Source: Candidatus Woesearchaeota archaeon (GTDB lineage Archaea > Nanobdellota > Nanobdellia > Woesearchaeales > JACPBV01). From it: a stretch of 64,000 bases of DNA. The position numbers and the translations under genes are program-made. The notes beneath the pieces were generated by a model that made no database searches, had not been told where the DNA came from, and saw only the letters and a list, made by a program, of their open reading frames with translations. The stretch is taken from contig JACPBV010000005.1 in the NCBI GenBank assembly GCA_016180135.1, forward strand, positions 802-64,801. Reading direction: 5' to 3'. Of this stretch, positions 1 to 9,104 are shown in pieces; within the stretch, counting starts at the first letter, position 1; the number at the start of each line of letters is the position of its first letter.

Positions 1-1067
1 ACCTAAACTTTGAAGATGAAAGGTTATTTGATTTTCCTGCCAGTGAGTTTAACCGGCTTTATGAGGGATTGGTAAGCCTGTATGGAAAAAAGAAAACTTT
101 CTTTCTTGACGAGATTCAGAACGTCGCTCATTTTGAGGCTTTTGTAAGAAGATTATATGAAGAAGGGTTTAAATTCATTATAACCGGCTCCAGCGCCACG
201 CTGTTAAGCAAAGAACTGGGCACCAAACTTGCCGGCAGGCATGTGGATATTGTAGTGCGGCCTTTTTCTTTTCCGGAGTTTCTGGAATTAAAAGGGGTTA
301 AGGCAGGCAAAGAGGCAGTTTACAAGACTGAGACAAGGATAGAACTAAGGAAATATTTTGAAGAATATTTAGTAAAGGGGGGCATGCCTGAATATCTGGC
401 ATATGATGATCAAGAGCTGTTGACCCGTGTTTATGAGGATACGGTCATTAAAGATATAGCGGTGAGGTATAAGGTAAATAATGTGGCAGTTCTGAGGCAG
501 CTTTATTCCTACCTCATAACCAGTTTTGCCAATAAGTTCAGCTATAATTCCCTAAAGAAATTTATCGCCATCAGCAGTGTCAATACTTTTAAAAAGTTTA
601 TATCCTACCTTGAAGAGACTTATTTTGCCAAAACCATCAATAAGTTTGACTATTCTTATAAAAAACAGATAAGGAACGATAAAAAACTTTATGTCGTAGA
701 TAATGGATTTATAGGGGTTCTTTCTAAAAAGATGACCCCGGACAAGGGATGGCTCCTGGAAAATTTGGTTTTCAATTGCCTGAATAAAGATAACGAAGTT
801 TTTTATTATTCCGGTGAAAGAGAATGCGATTTTCTCACAGTTAAAAATAAGGCGGTGATTCAGGCGATACAAGTCTGTGATGAACTGCATCAGGAAAACC
901 GCGGCCGGGAGATAGCAGGACTGGCGGAAGCTATGAAAAAATTCAAGCTTAAAGAGGGGTTGATTTTGACCAATGGCCGGGAAGAAGAGAAAATTCGGTT
1001 GGGCAGGAAGAGGATAGTGGTTAAACCGGCCTGGAGATGGATTTTAGAGGGGGGAAGGCAGTTTTAA
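1..1067 (+). CDS. AAA+ ATPase of COG1373 type (AAA domain + DUF4143), N-terminus cut by window edge
   Basis: The reading frame is open from nt 3 (LNFEDERLFDF...). It has the Walker-B-like FFLDEIQ, then FIITGSSATLL and a C-terminal ECDFL block. Family recalled from memory of COG1373 proteins. Confidence 0.7.
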   Translation, partial: LNFEDERLFDFPASEFNRLYEGLVSLYGKKKTFFLDEIQNVAHFEAFVRRLYEEGFKFIITGSSATLLSKELGTKLAGRHVDIVVRPFSFPEFLELKGVKAGKEAVYKTETRIELRKYFEEYLVKGGMPEYLAYDDQELLTRVYEDTVIKDIAVRYKVNNVAVLRQLYSYLITSFANKFSYNSLKKFIAISSVNTFKKFISYLEETYFAKTINKFDYSYKKQIRNDKKLYVVDNGFIGVLSKKMTPDKGWLLENLVFNCLNKDNEVFYYSGERECDFLTVKNKAVIQAIQVCDELHQENRGREIAGLAEAMKKFKLKEGLILTNGREEEKIRLGRKRIVVKPAWRWILEGGRQF

Positions 1068-1089
1068 GCTCGACTGGATTGTTCTTCTG

Positions 1090-1245
1090 AAGTTGCGGAG
1101 AGAGTGTGAGTGGGGGAGAGAGGAAGAAGGGAGTGGTAGAGATATGGACAGCAGGGGAGGGAGTGTGAGAATGTGAATAGGGGAGCATGGGTGGGTGAAA
1201 AGGAGAGAATTAGGGGGGTGAGGGCAGAAAAAGGGAATTATCCAC
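1090..1245 (+). other. G/A-rich, C-poor tract with many G3-G6 runs
   Basis: The tract 'gagtgggggagagagg...caggggagggag...ataggggagcatgggtgggtg...attaggggggtgagggc' lies between convergent genes. Confidence 0.6.
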
Positions 1246-1305
1246 AAAATAGTAAGATATGAAGGGCAGTAAAACCAACAGGAGGTATTGAGCTAAAGGG
1301 ATTCC

Positions 1306-2109
1306 CTATTTCCACCCGATAAACTTCTTCATGCGCTGGACAAAATCTTCAGCTTCTTTGTAATACCGGTCAAATTCTTCCCCCTTGATTTCAGTCAGTT
1401 CACGGTGGGTTATCATCTTGCTCAGCCGGTAGAAGTTTCTCATGATATGCACATATTTCTCCTCGACAAGCTTGGGCTTCACGAGCTTGTCATGCATCAG
1501 GTCAGCGACATGCTCCGGCGAAGGGGGAATCTCGCCGTGCTTCATCAGCGCAGCATGGGCCGCATCGATCACCGCCCAATACAGGTCAACAGTCGCCTGC
1601 AGCAGATGCCATTTTGAATTGTGCAGCGTGTTAGGCGCCCGGACATAATAGGTCCAGATTGCCTCCTCTGTCGGCCTGATCCTCCCTTTTCTCAGCAGCT
1701 CCTGCATCGGCTCAAAGAATCCGGAATCCATCATCGCAAGCCCGTCGCGCAAAATGTTGATAGCCACAGGATCCCCGTTCCTGAGATAGTCCCAGAACGA
1801 GCTGAAGCGCAAGGTGGTGATATGCAGCCGGGGAGAATTTTTGACGATCAATTTCTGCACGATAATCCTGAATGCCTCAGTCAATTCCTCGGTAAGGTTC
1901 AGCGACAGGTCATCAACCACCAGCAGCATATCAAGGTCGCTGTTGGGCCCTTTTGTCCTCCGCGCAGCGCTCCCAAACAGCACAACTGCCTTAAGGAATT
2001 TTCCGAATTCCTTCAGCGCATCGGCAGTAAACCTATAGCAGATATCAATATCAGTCTTCTTGTAGAGCTCCAGGTTAGGATTTATTTTCCTGTCTAAGGT
2101 AAATCTCAT
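1306..2109 (-). CDS. nucleotidyltransferase (pol-beta/MNT superfamily) fused to a HEPN-like helical domain
   Basis: Contains the GS..D.D motif 'VLFGSAARRTKGPNSDLDMLLVVDD' followed by a helical C-terminal half. I moved the start to the ATG at 2109 (MRFTLDRK) because a TATA-like TTTATATAA lies about 29 nt upstream. Paralogous to the gene at 62192. Confidence 0.7.
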   Translation of the reverse strand: MRFTLDRKINPNLELYKKTDIDICYRFTADALKEFGKFLKAVVLFGSAARRTKGPNSDLDMLLVVDDLSLNLTEELTEAFRIIVQKLIVKNSPRLHITTLRFSSFWDYLRNGDPVAINILRDGLAMMDSGFFEPMQELLRKGRIRPTEEAIWTYYVRAPNTLHNSKWHLLQATVDLYWAVIDAAHAALMKHGEIPPSPEHVADLMHDKLVKPKLVEEKYVHIMRNFYRLSKMITHRELTEIKGEEFDRYYKEAEDFVQRMKKFIGWK

Positions 2110-2137
2110 TTTTCCCCAACGGATCGTAACAACATCG

Positions 2138-2146
2138 TTATATAAA
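2138..2146 (-). promoter_or_regulatory. archaeal TATA box candidate for the 1306-2109 gene
   Basis: TTTATATAA on the minus strand lies 29 nt upstream of ATG 2109. Confidence 0.4.
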
Positions 2147-2203
2147 CCTTTGGCACTATTCAAGAATAACAACCATTAAAAATAACGGCTATTGAGCATA
2201 GGC

Positions 2204-3100
2204 ATGCTGCGGGATTTGCAGGCAATGTTTGGGTCATCGATAAAAGCCATGGAGGTGGCCCTTGTGGCGTATGGCATTAAGCCGGCTGCCAGGATCATGG
2301 TTGCCTCAGGCCGGCTCCCCCAGGTTCAGGGCTGCCTCCTGCAGCAGCAGCTATGCGTTGCAGTATCGGACTTCAAAGTAAAAAAAGAGGATATCTCTCA
2401 AGATCCTGCAAAACCATATTCTGATATCGGAGCAACGCTGCCAAAAGAATCTGCGCAGGAAGGCTGCTTTTTCGTTTATATTGCAAGAGATAAAGAGGAT
2501 TCAGAAAGGGCAAAAAGCCTTGAGAATTCTGGCGATCACGCCGGGTTTGGAAAGATTCTCGGCTATCCTGGCTGCTGCATAAAATTTTTTCAGGGCAATG
2601 CAGATCTCCTCGAAAAGATGCATGGCGACCTGACGCTGCTTTCATTGAAAAATTCCCCAGGATTCCGGTTCCCTCTTGAAAACAATATCTGCGCAAGGCA
2701 TATTGACATTTCGCTCTTAAGCCATTTTCCCTGCTCATTCAGCTGCAAACATTCCCGGGAGATTGCCGCAAAAAATCTCGCGCTTATCAAGAAAGATGAT
2801 GCCCAATGCGCTGCAGAGATTGAGGAAAAACTAAAGTCGGCAGTGATCTATACCCAGTCACAGGGAGTTTTTCTCCTCAGGAACCCGGAGCTAAAAGAAA
2901 ACAGGCTTTATTACAAAGGCCTCATAGGCACCAAAGACAACCAGTTCTGCCAGACGCTGAGATGCTCGGATTTCATTGTTGTCCATGACAAAAACAGGAT
3001 AAATATCCAGGGATTAGAGATGAAAGGTGTTGGTGCGATGGTTTTTTCTGATGATGGGGGGGAGGATGATGCCCCAGGCAAAAGCTCAGATAACATCTAA
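2204..3100 (+). CDS. cysteine-motif protein (GYPGCC, C..SC), possibly archaeal DUF483-like
   Basis: Long ORF, with the first ATG at 2204. The 'FGKILGYPGCCIKFF' and 'HFPCSFSCKHS' motifs suggest the family, but the name is from memory only. Confidence 0.5.
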   Translation: MLRDLQAMFGSSIKAMEVALVAYGIKPAARIMVASGRLPQVQGCLLQQQLCVAVSDFKVKKEDISQDPAKPYSDIGATLPKESAQEGCFFVYIARDKEDSERAKSLENSGDHAGFGKILGYPGCCIKFFQGNADLLEKMHGDLTLLSLKNSPGFRFPLENNICARHIDISLLSHFPCSFSCKHSREIAAKNLALIKKDDAQCAAEIEEKLKSAVIYTQSQGVFLLRNPELKENRLYYKGLIGTKDNQFCQTLRCSDFIVVHDKNRINIQGLEMKGVGAMVFSDDGGEDDAPGKSSDNI

Positions 3101-3172
3101 GCAATCAATTAAGATTTCCCTACACAAAATGCAGCCCTCCTGGCAGGAAGCCCAAGCAGCCTAAACAATCAG

Positions 3173-3793
3173 TTAAGATTTCCCATACACCGTAACCTTG
3201 CAGCCATCAACCGAAACTTCCTGCTCCTTCTTCAAAGTTTCCGGATGGAAATGATGCCCGTAGACAAGCAGCTTCCCCTGCAGTTCCTTCAAAAGCTTCT
3301 CCTCAGTCCCCCTGCCCATCGGCTTGTCAGGGTTGATAAACACCGCATCGTATCCTGAAATATCGTGGTCATGAAAATCGCTGTTGAAGAACTCAGCATT
3401 GCTGATCCCTGCCTGCAGGGCAATCTCCTGCGCTTTTTCATGCAGCTCAGGGGAATATTCGACACCGTGCGCAGTATTGCAGAAAAGCGAAGCCAGAAGC
3501 GTAATCCTCCCGTCCCCGCTCCCAAGGTCAATAAAGCTCCTGAACTTCTGGAGCTTCAGCTTCTGGAACATCTCAAATGCAAGGCTGATGCTTGCAGGCC
3601 CCCAGAATCCTATCTTAGTGTCTTTCACCGGCAGCTGTCCTTTTGCGAGCATGCCTTTAATAAGAGCATCATAAGCATGGCTGATGGAAAAAAATTTGCC
3701 ATCTATAGATTTATCCATTTTCTCCTGCGAAAGTTTCCTCCCTCTGGAGCTGATATTCCCGGCTCCTGCCTTATACGCTCTACGACTCTTCAT
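3173..3793 (-). CDS. class I SAM-dependent methyltransferase
   Basis: Motif I 'FIDLGSGDGRITLL' and a downstream 'AVFINPD' block. The size (206 aa) is typical for the class. Confidence 0.7.
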   Translation of the reverse strand: MKSRRAYKAGAGNISSRGRKLSQEKMDKSIDGKFFSISHAYDALIKGMLAKGQLPVKDTKIGFWGPASISLAFEMFQKLKLQKFRSFIDLGSGDGRITLLASLFCNTAHGVEYSPELHEKAQEIALQAGISNAEFFNSDFHDHDISGYDAVFINPDKPMGRGTEEKLLKELQGKLLVYGHHFHPETLKKEQEVSVDGCKVTVYGKS

Positions 3794-4262
3794 GCTGCTC
3801 TTTCCTCATCTTGTAAGCGACGCCGATTGTTGCCACGATTGACCTGATATCTTCATCTGTCTTTGCAAAATATTTCCTTGCCCTATTAAGCTTTTCCCCC
3901 AGTTCATCAAGCACCGCCTTGCTGACCTCTTCGCCCATCTGCATCGCTTCCTTCAGGCCTTCATAGGCTTCCTGGACAAAATATCGGACATTGCGCTCGT
4001 TAATTTCCTCACGAGCTACAGCTTCCAGCCTTGGCCTTTGAGTCTCCTCCCGGGAAAAAAGCTCGGTGATGTCAACTTCCTTCTGTTCAGGGATCCTGAC
4101 CCTTCCGGCCAATTCCTCAGTCTCAATCTCGTGCTCTGCCTGATTGATGAGCTTATCGGCTTCCTCCTGCTCCCTTTTGCTTTTTTCCTGAAACTCTCTT
4201 AGCTTCCGGACGCGCTCAACGGCAGAGAGTTTCTTCAGGTCTTCAAGTGTTGATTCAGGCAT
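3780..4262 (-). CDS. acidic coiled-coil protein, unknown function
   Basis: A 160-aa ORF that is E/K-rich with heptad-like character. A TATA-like box at 4291-4298 lies about 29 nt upstream of the ATG. Confidence 0.5.
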   Translation of the reverse strand: MPESTLEDLKKLSAVERVRKLREFQEKSKREQEEADKLINQAEHEIETEELAGRVRIPEQKEVDITELFSREETQRPRLEAVAREEINERNVRYFVQEAYEGLKEAMQMGEEVSKAVLDELGEKLNRARKYFAKTDEDIRSIVATIGVAYKMRKEQHEES

Positions 4263-4290
4263 GGCAAAGAGAACAAAATGGTTTATGGAT

Positions 4291-4298
4291 ATATAAAT
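4291..4298 (-). promoter_or_regulatory. archaeal TATA box candidate for the 3780-4262 gene
   Basis: ATTTATAT on the minus strand lies about 29 nt upstream of ATG 4262. Confidence 0.4.
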
Positions 4299-4308
4299 CT
4301 ATTCCAGC

Positions 4309-4486
4309 TGAGTATGGATTAAGCTCCGGCAAGAGCGGCTCTGCCATCCTCAGGTCAAAACTCAACTGTCTAACTGAATCACGCTCGTCGTGGGGGGATG
4401 CCCCCTCGGGGACACAGAGCCCTTGCAAAATCAATCAAGAGTTTTGAAGATGGCAGAGCCGCTCCGAGGGGAGCTTAATCCATACT
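4309..4486. mobile_element. MITE-like palindromic element E1, flanked by a direct repeat
   Basis: Arms 'agtatggattaagctcc..gagcggctctgccatc..tcaaaactc' and 'gagttttga..gatggcagagccgctc..ggagcttaatccatact' pair over about 40 bp. 'ctattccagc' occurs at both 4299-4308 and 4485-4494. Confidence 0.55.
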
Positions 4487-6731
4487 ATTCCAGCGGAACC
4501 TGGCTCCACAGGGTCCAGTCATTTGAGGGAGCATATGCGCCGAAGATATACTGCGGCGGCTCGGTCTGCCCGAAATAGCTGTATTGCACGCTTCCCCAGG
4601 TCTGCGGCGACCTTGGCGCCCCAAAGCCTGCGCCGTAGATCGGGCTCCCCAGATATCTCCAGGTTTTCATCAGCCCGTGGAAATCGCTTAAGTCCGTCGA
4701 GGCGTCAGCTCCCGGCTCCGTCGTTATTGCCTTGTCATAGCCATGCTTCTTCAGCAAACTCATGACTTCTTTGATAGGCGCTGTCCCCTGCCCCGGCGCA
4801 AGATGGTCGTCCCAGTAGCCCATGTTATCGACGAGATGGACATTTCCTATCATCTTGTTCTTCAGAAGGTCCTCAAACTGCTGCAGATACCATTTCTTGA
4901 ATTCCTGCTCGTTCTCCTCCGGCTCTTTTCCGGGGATGTCCTGCCAGTATTTCCTCCACATGTTCATATGCGCGGTGTCAAACGTCGCCTTGACGTGGCG
5001 CTCTGCTATCTTGGCAGCTTCCTCCTTGCTGATCCCTTCAACCTTGTAGGGATTTTTCCCGTATTCCGCATCTTTGCCGCTCGCAGGATAGCCTTCCTGC
5101 TCCCCGTAAAGTATTTTATCCTCAGTAAGCATCTCGACCATCTTTTCCCTGACCTTGCCGATGACCCATTTCAATTCCTGCGGATGGCACCCAAATCTGT
5201 CCGGAAAGATATTTTCGATGGTAAGCGAAATAGGATTGTTGGGGTCCTTGCTCCGTTTCATTGCGTGGATGGCGGCCAGCGCATACATCTGGGAGGTCAC
5301 TTTCTCAAAGCGCTTGATTGGGGCGATAAGATGCTCTTTATTTTCGGCAGTATCCCTTGCTCTCTGCTCCTGGGTGCTTCCCGACAGCCTCTCAAATTCC
5401 AGGCTTGAAACAGCATCCCTGATCTGCTTGTCAATAAGCTCGACAGGATCTTTCACATCCGGAGGTATCAGCCCCCCGGAAACCCTTGCCAGCGAAGGGT
5501 CTTCCTTGAGAAGCTTCCACCGGTCTTCCGGCGGTGTTTTTTTAGCCAGCTCAAGATAATATTCCCTCGCCTTCCTCAGTTTGCTGAGCAGCTCAATCTG
5601 CTCATTGATCCTGTTGGTGAATGAAAGCGCATATCCTCTTGCATAGCCCTCTTCCGTCTCGAGAGTTGCCCGCATGAACATCTCTTCGGGGTAAGCCTTT
5701 TTGTAATAGTAATCCCTGCTTTCCTCCCACCGCTGGCCGGGATGCTCTTTCTCAAACCTTGATTTCTGCCACAGGTTGAAATCCTCAGCCTCCTTCTGGA
5801 AATACCTGAAGTCTTTTGATTCCGTCTTAAACCTTCTCTGCCCCTCATCAAAATCGGGAACCCTTCCCATCACAGGATGATAGACATTCTCCTCTTTGAT
5901 CTTTCTCCCTTCAAGATTGATATAGTCCCCGTCAAAAGTCGGGTTTCCCTGCTCGTCATATTTCGGCCCTTTGATCCACACCCTTCCGCCGTCCTGGTCA
6001 AACCCCCACCCGTCTTTCGCCGCCCGCTTCCAGACAGGGTAGTCGATAGTCCGGTTCTTGTTTACCGTCTCAAATATCCTTGAGTCCCGGTCATCCATGA
6101 CCGTAAAGTTGGCATCAACGATCTCGCTCGGCCTTGTCCTGAACATGTTCCTGCCGCTTGTTGGGTCCCATCCTAAGTTAAGCTTCCTTCCCCCGGTCTC
6201 ATCATCGATCACCATGTCCGTCATCGGCCTCTCCCATTCCCCGGTATGCACGACAACGCTTCCCCCGCCGGCGGTATCTGCCGCAAAGTCGATGGCTGAT
6301 TTTATCTCGGTGACATCCTGCATCGCATTTTCTATGGAAAAATTCCCCCGCTCATCCCTGCCCATCAGCCCCATGATATTGTAGGCAGAATGAGTCGTAA
6401 GCTTCACTTCATTGAGCTTTGCGATCTCCTTGATGGCCTGCCTCTGGTCCTCGCCGAACATCCCCGGCGTCATCGCCCCCCGCTGCCCCTGGTATTTGGC
6501 CGGAAACCCAATCTCAATTGCACCCACACCCATCCTTATCTTGCTGTAGACCCCTGCAACATTCTGCGCAGAAATCCCCATCGGCACGCTCATCCCGACA
6601 TCCTTGACGCTGGGAGGCGCAACGGGAGCATGCTCCTTAGGCATACCCTGCTGATACATATCAGGATCCATAGAATTATGATAAACCGCCATGCTGCCGT
6701 TCTGATAAAGCCGGTTGTTTGAAAATTGCAT
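4485..6731 (-). CDS. xylose-isomerase-like (AP endonuclease 2 family) TIM-barrel protein with a long internal insertion
   Basis: N-terminal blocks are 'GAIEIGFP', 'KLTTHSAY' and 'GGGSVVVHTGEW'. C-terminal blocks are 'LTIENIFP', 'FDTAHMNMW', 'VHLVDNMG..DDHLAPGQG' and 'ITTEPG'. About 300 unrelated residues separate the two halves. Confidence 0.55.
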   Translation of the reverse strand: MQFSNNRLYQNGSMAVYHNSMDPDMYQQGMPKEHAPVAPPSVKDVGMSVPMGISAQNVAGVYSKIRMGVGAIEIGFPAKYQGQRGAMTPGMFGEDQRQAIKEIAKLNEVKLTTHSAYNIMGLMGRDERGNFSIENAMQDVTEIKSAIDFAADTAGGGSVVVHTGEWERPMTDMVIDDETGGRKLNLGWDPTSGRNMFRTRPSEIVDANFTVMDDRDSRIFETVNKNRTIDYPVWKRAAKDGWGFDQDGGRVWIKGPKYDEQGNPTFDGDYINLEGRKIKEENVYHPVMGRVPDFDEGQRRFKTESKDFRYFQKEAEDFNLWQKSRFEKEHPGQRWEESRDYYYKKAYPEEMFMRATLETEEGYARGYALSFTNRINEQIELLSKLRKAREYYLELAKKTPPEDRWKLLKEDPSLARVSGGLIPPDVKDPVELIDKQIRDAVSSLEFERLSGSTQEQRARDTAENKEHLIAPIKRFEKVTSQMYALAAIHAMKRSKDPNNPISLTIENIFPDRFGCHPQELKWVIGKVREKMVEMLTEDKILYGEQEGYPASGKDAEYGKNPYKVEGISKEEAAKIAERHVKATFDTAHMNMWRKYWQDIPGKEPEENEQEFKKWYLQQFEDLLKNKMIGNVHLVDNMGYWDDHLAPGQGTAPIKEVMSLLKKHGYDKAITTEPGADASTDLSDFHGLMKTWRYLGSPIYGAGFGAPRSPQTWGSVQYSYFGQTEPPQYIFGAYAPSNDWTLWSQVPLE

Positions 6732-6842
6732 GATGCCTCTTGGTATTTTCTGATAAGCCTCTAAGCGATATCAAATATATAAGGGATAACTTATATTAAC
6801 TTTGTGATTGTTTAAGGTTATTTCCCCCTATTCACCTGGAAC

Positions 6843-7030
6843 CGAAAAAACCAGCCATAGCAAAAGCACGGCAACAACATCGGCGAGGCGAGGGCGGGGG
6901 CCGCCCTCCGTCCGCAGACCGGAACGCTATCTTAACCCCTCGGGGTGCCCGAGCAGGGCAAAATTTCCATAGGGGAAATTTTGACCGTCGAGCCCTGTGT
7001 TGTTGTTGCCATCCTTCGAAAAGGTTTTCC
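6843..7030 (+). repeat. palindromic structured repeat element E2
   Basis: The core at 6870-7010 runs 'ggcaacaacatcggcgaggcgaggg...cccgagcagggc[hairpin]gaccgtcgagccctgtgttgttgttgcc' and is shared with E4a and E5. Confidence 0.55.
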
Positions 7031-7117
7031 ACAATGAATTGTTTAAATTTTTTCGTCAGCCGTAGTTCATGAATAAAATTATCCCATTTCTTAGTTTTTT
7101 GCCTAAAAATTCTTTAT

Positions 7118-8698
7118 TTACCAATTTAGCATCCCGTGCTGCTTCTTGAAATGATGATAGATTCCCCACATCGTGCCCTTGACGCTCTCCCCCGAGGATT
7201 TCTTTATGCTTTCGACGTGCTCAAGGGCATGCTTATCAACCTTCGGCTTTTTCGGCCTTTTGCCTGATGCGCTGTAGATGCCGAGCATCTCGCCGAACGC
7301 GCCTAAAAACGTTTTCGGCCCCATAAGTGAATGCCCATGGCCGTTGTGGCCGCTGCTCCCGTGGCCCCCGTAATCCCCATTTCCGCCATGACCTCCGTTT
7401 CCATGATGCCCCTCATGTCCGTTATGTCCGCCATGATCACCATTTCCGCCATGTCCCCCCGCTGAACTCCCCCCATGACCATATCTTTCCTTCAGCGCAG
7501 GCATATCCTCTCCTGCTTCCTGGAGGTAGCGCATCAGCTCATCGCCTAATGCATCCATCGCCGCCCTTACTGACTCGTCCACAAATCCCATAAGATAGAT
7601 ATCTTCCTGCTTCCGCATCTCCTTATACAGCTCAATCTCTTTGTCCGTCCATGCATAGCATCTCAATGTGATCTCAACTCTACCGACGTGCAATGGGCCT
7701 TTTTGGTAGCCTTCCTGCACGTAGCTCATCTCCGGTCTTGTCCTAAAATAAAAATGGGGCACGATGACCTGCCATACCTGGACTTCCTCCCCATGGAGCG
7801 TAACTTTTTCCTTGGCTGCCTTCCTTGCTAAGATCTCCACTTCAATCATCGAAGTTTCGAACGCAGAGATGAGATCAGGGCTTTCAAGCTTGTCCTGGTC
7901 CATCGACATCCGCAGCACCGTCTTCAGGTATGGCTTCACCCACCCCATATACATCCTGATGATCTCAAAATGCTGCCGGAGGTATTTCAGCGTGAAAACT
8001 CTCCTGTTCTTCAGCTCCTCAAAGGTTGTTTCCTTCCACGCAAGATAGCTCCTCAGCTTTCTCTTGAGCACTTCCCTGACCTTCCTGTTGAAGTCTGACC
8101 TGTCACGGTCAACAGTAATATCAACATCCTCCTGCTTTTTCGGGTGAGTCGCAAAAAACAGGTCTGGAAGCGTGGTGAACTGCACTTCCCTTGCCATGCC
8201 ATAGACGCTTGCTGGATTTTTTGCTCCCTGCTCCACAAGGTCAACCCAGATTCCTTTCAGGGTGATCTCTGCGCTTTCTGCGCTCACTGAATCTGTATAA
8301 GAATCATGGTAATACCCCATGCGCTCGTCAAGGATCCTCATTTCCCTCACCAGCTGGAAGAGCTCCCGCACCATCTTGCCGATGGTTGCGAGATACTGGC
8401 TGATCCTGTCCTGCTGGATCCCGAGCCTCTGCTGGGAAGCGCCGAAGAAAGCGGAATGCTCAGAAGCCGAGAAGATGTCAGTAATCTTGTCGATATGCGT
8501 GAACGAATGGAACCACCTCAGGTAGTTCAGCATCCAGAAATAGGGCTCTTCTATCGAGAGATTGTAGCCTTCAACCTGGATGCGGTATTTCGCAAGAGGC
8601 TTGGGATAGGTAGTCCGAATCTTCCCTCCGTCCCGGGTCTCGTCAAAATCCTCTTCTCCGTCGCCGATCTGCCTGCGGAAAAAGGCCAAATCTTTCAT
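7118..8698 (-). CDS. hypothetical protein with a His/Gly-rich tract
   Basis: Long ORF. The start is set at ATG 8698 (MKDLAFF) because an AATATATAT box at 8722-8730 lies 24 nt upstream. The H/G-rich run is 'GHGGNGDHGGHNGHEGHHGNGGHGGNGDYGGHG'. I recognised no family. Confidence 0.6.
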   Translation of the reverse strand: MKDLAFFRRQIGDGEEDFDETRDGGKIRTTYPKPLAKYRIQVEGYNLSIEEPYFWMLNYLRWFHSFTHIDKITDIFSASEHSAFFGASQQRLGIQQDRISQYLATIGKMVRELFQLVREMRILDERMGYYHDSYTDSVSAESAEITLKGIWVDLVEQGAKNPASVYGMAREVQFTTLPDLFFATHPKKQEDVDITVDRDRSDFNRKVREVLKRKLRSYLAWKETTFEELKNRRVFTLKYLRQHFEIIRMYMGWVKPYLKTVLRMSMDQDKLESPDLISAFETSMIEVEILARKAAKEKVTLHGEEVQVWQVIVPHFYFRTRPEMSYVQEGYQKGPLHVGRVEITLRCYAWTDKEIELYKEMRKQEDIYLMGFVDESVRAAMDALGDELMRYLQEAGEDMPALKERYGHGGSSAGGHGGNGDHGGHNGHEGHHGNGGHGGNGDYGGHGSSGHNGHGHSLMGPKTFLGAFGEMLGIYSASGKRPKKPKVDKHALEHVESIKKSSGESVKGTMWGIYHHFKKQHGMLNW

Positions 8699-8721
8699 GG
8701 GCACCTCTTTTAATCGCTTGG

Positions 8722-8730
8722 AATATATAT
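8722..8730 (-). promoter_or_regulatory. archaeal TATA box candidate for the 7118-8698 gene
   Basis: ATATATATT on the minus strand lies 24 nt upstream of ATG 8698. Confidence 0.4.
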
Positions 8731-8800
8731 TCAAGTGCTTTCTTTATTAATTTTGCTGCAGAACACTCTGCAAAACACCAGGTGGAAGCAAAAAGTATCC

Positions 8801-9103
8801 TCATGCGCCCTGCAAAACTCTCTCCACATGCTCCTGAGACGTGCCTAAAAGGTTATCTTTAGCCAGGAGATCAAAAAATTCAAAATAACGGAGCCCCGCT
8901 TCCTGAGCAGCTTCCCTGATAGTGGCTTTCCCGTCTTTGTAGGTTTGCAGGGCTTTTTCAAGCTTCATCCTTTGGGAAGCGTAGTCCACAAGATTTTTTA
9001 TTGCCTTGGACCTGCTGATATTCCCCTCATTTGCAACCCTGTTGATAAATTCCAATTCCTCTTCATCAAATCTTACATACACTGCTTCTCCCATAACAGC
9101 CAC
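8801..9103 (-). CDS. UPF0175-family antitoxin-like protein
   Basis: The C-terminal 'ATIREAAQEAGLRYFEFFDLLAKDNLL' resembles UPF0175 (COG2886). It sits directly downstream of, and is tightly coupled to, the DUF3368-like gene. Confidence 0.6.
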   Translation of the reverse strand: MAVMGEAVYVRFDEEELEFINRVANEGNISRSKAIKNLVDYASQRMKLEKALQTYKDGKATIREAAQEAGLRYFEFFDLLAKDNLLGTSQEHVERVLQGA

Positions 9104-9104
9104 C

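Noticed and set aside
4309-4486. E1 as a tRNA, SRP RNA or other classical RNA gene serving as an integration target.
   Set aside because: I see no T-loop (GTTCGAATC-like), cloverleaf or SRP helix-8 motifs. The sequence is a simple long hairpin with a flanking direct repeat, which fits a MITE better.
6832-7032. ORFs of 66-129 aa running through the palindromic elements (6832-7032 minus, 41625-42014 plus, 4390-4578 plus, 22188-22505 plus).
   Set aside because: The apparent protein similarity between them ('QQ(H/R)RARRSKF') merely reflects the conserved nucleotide core. In E5 the same frame hits a stop, and orientation relative to neighbouring genes varies. I therefore treat them as noncoding.
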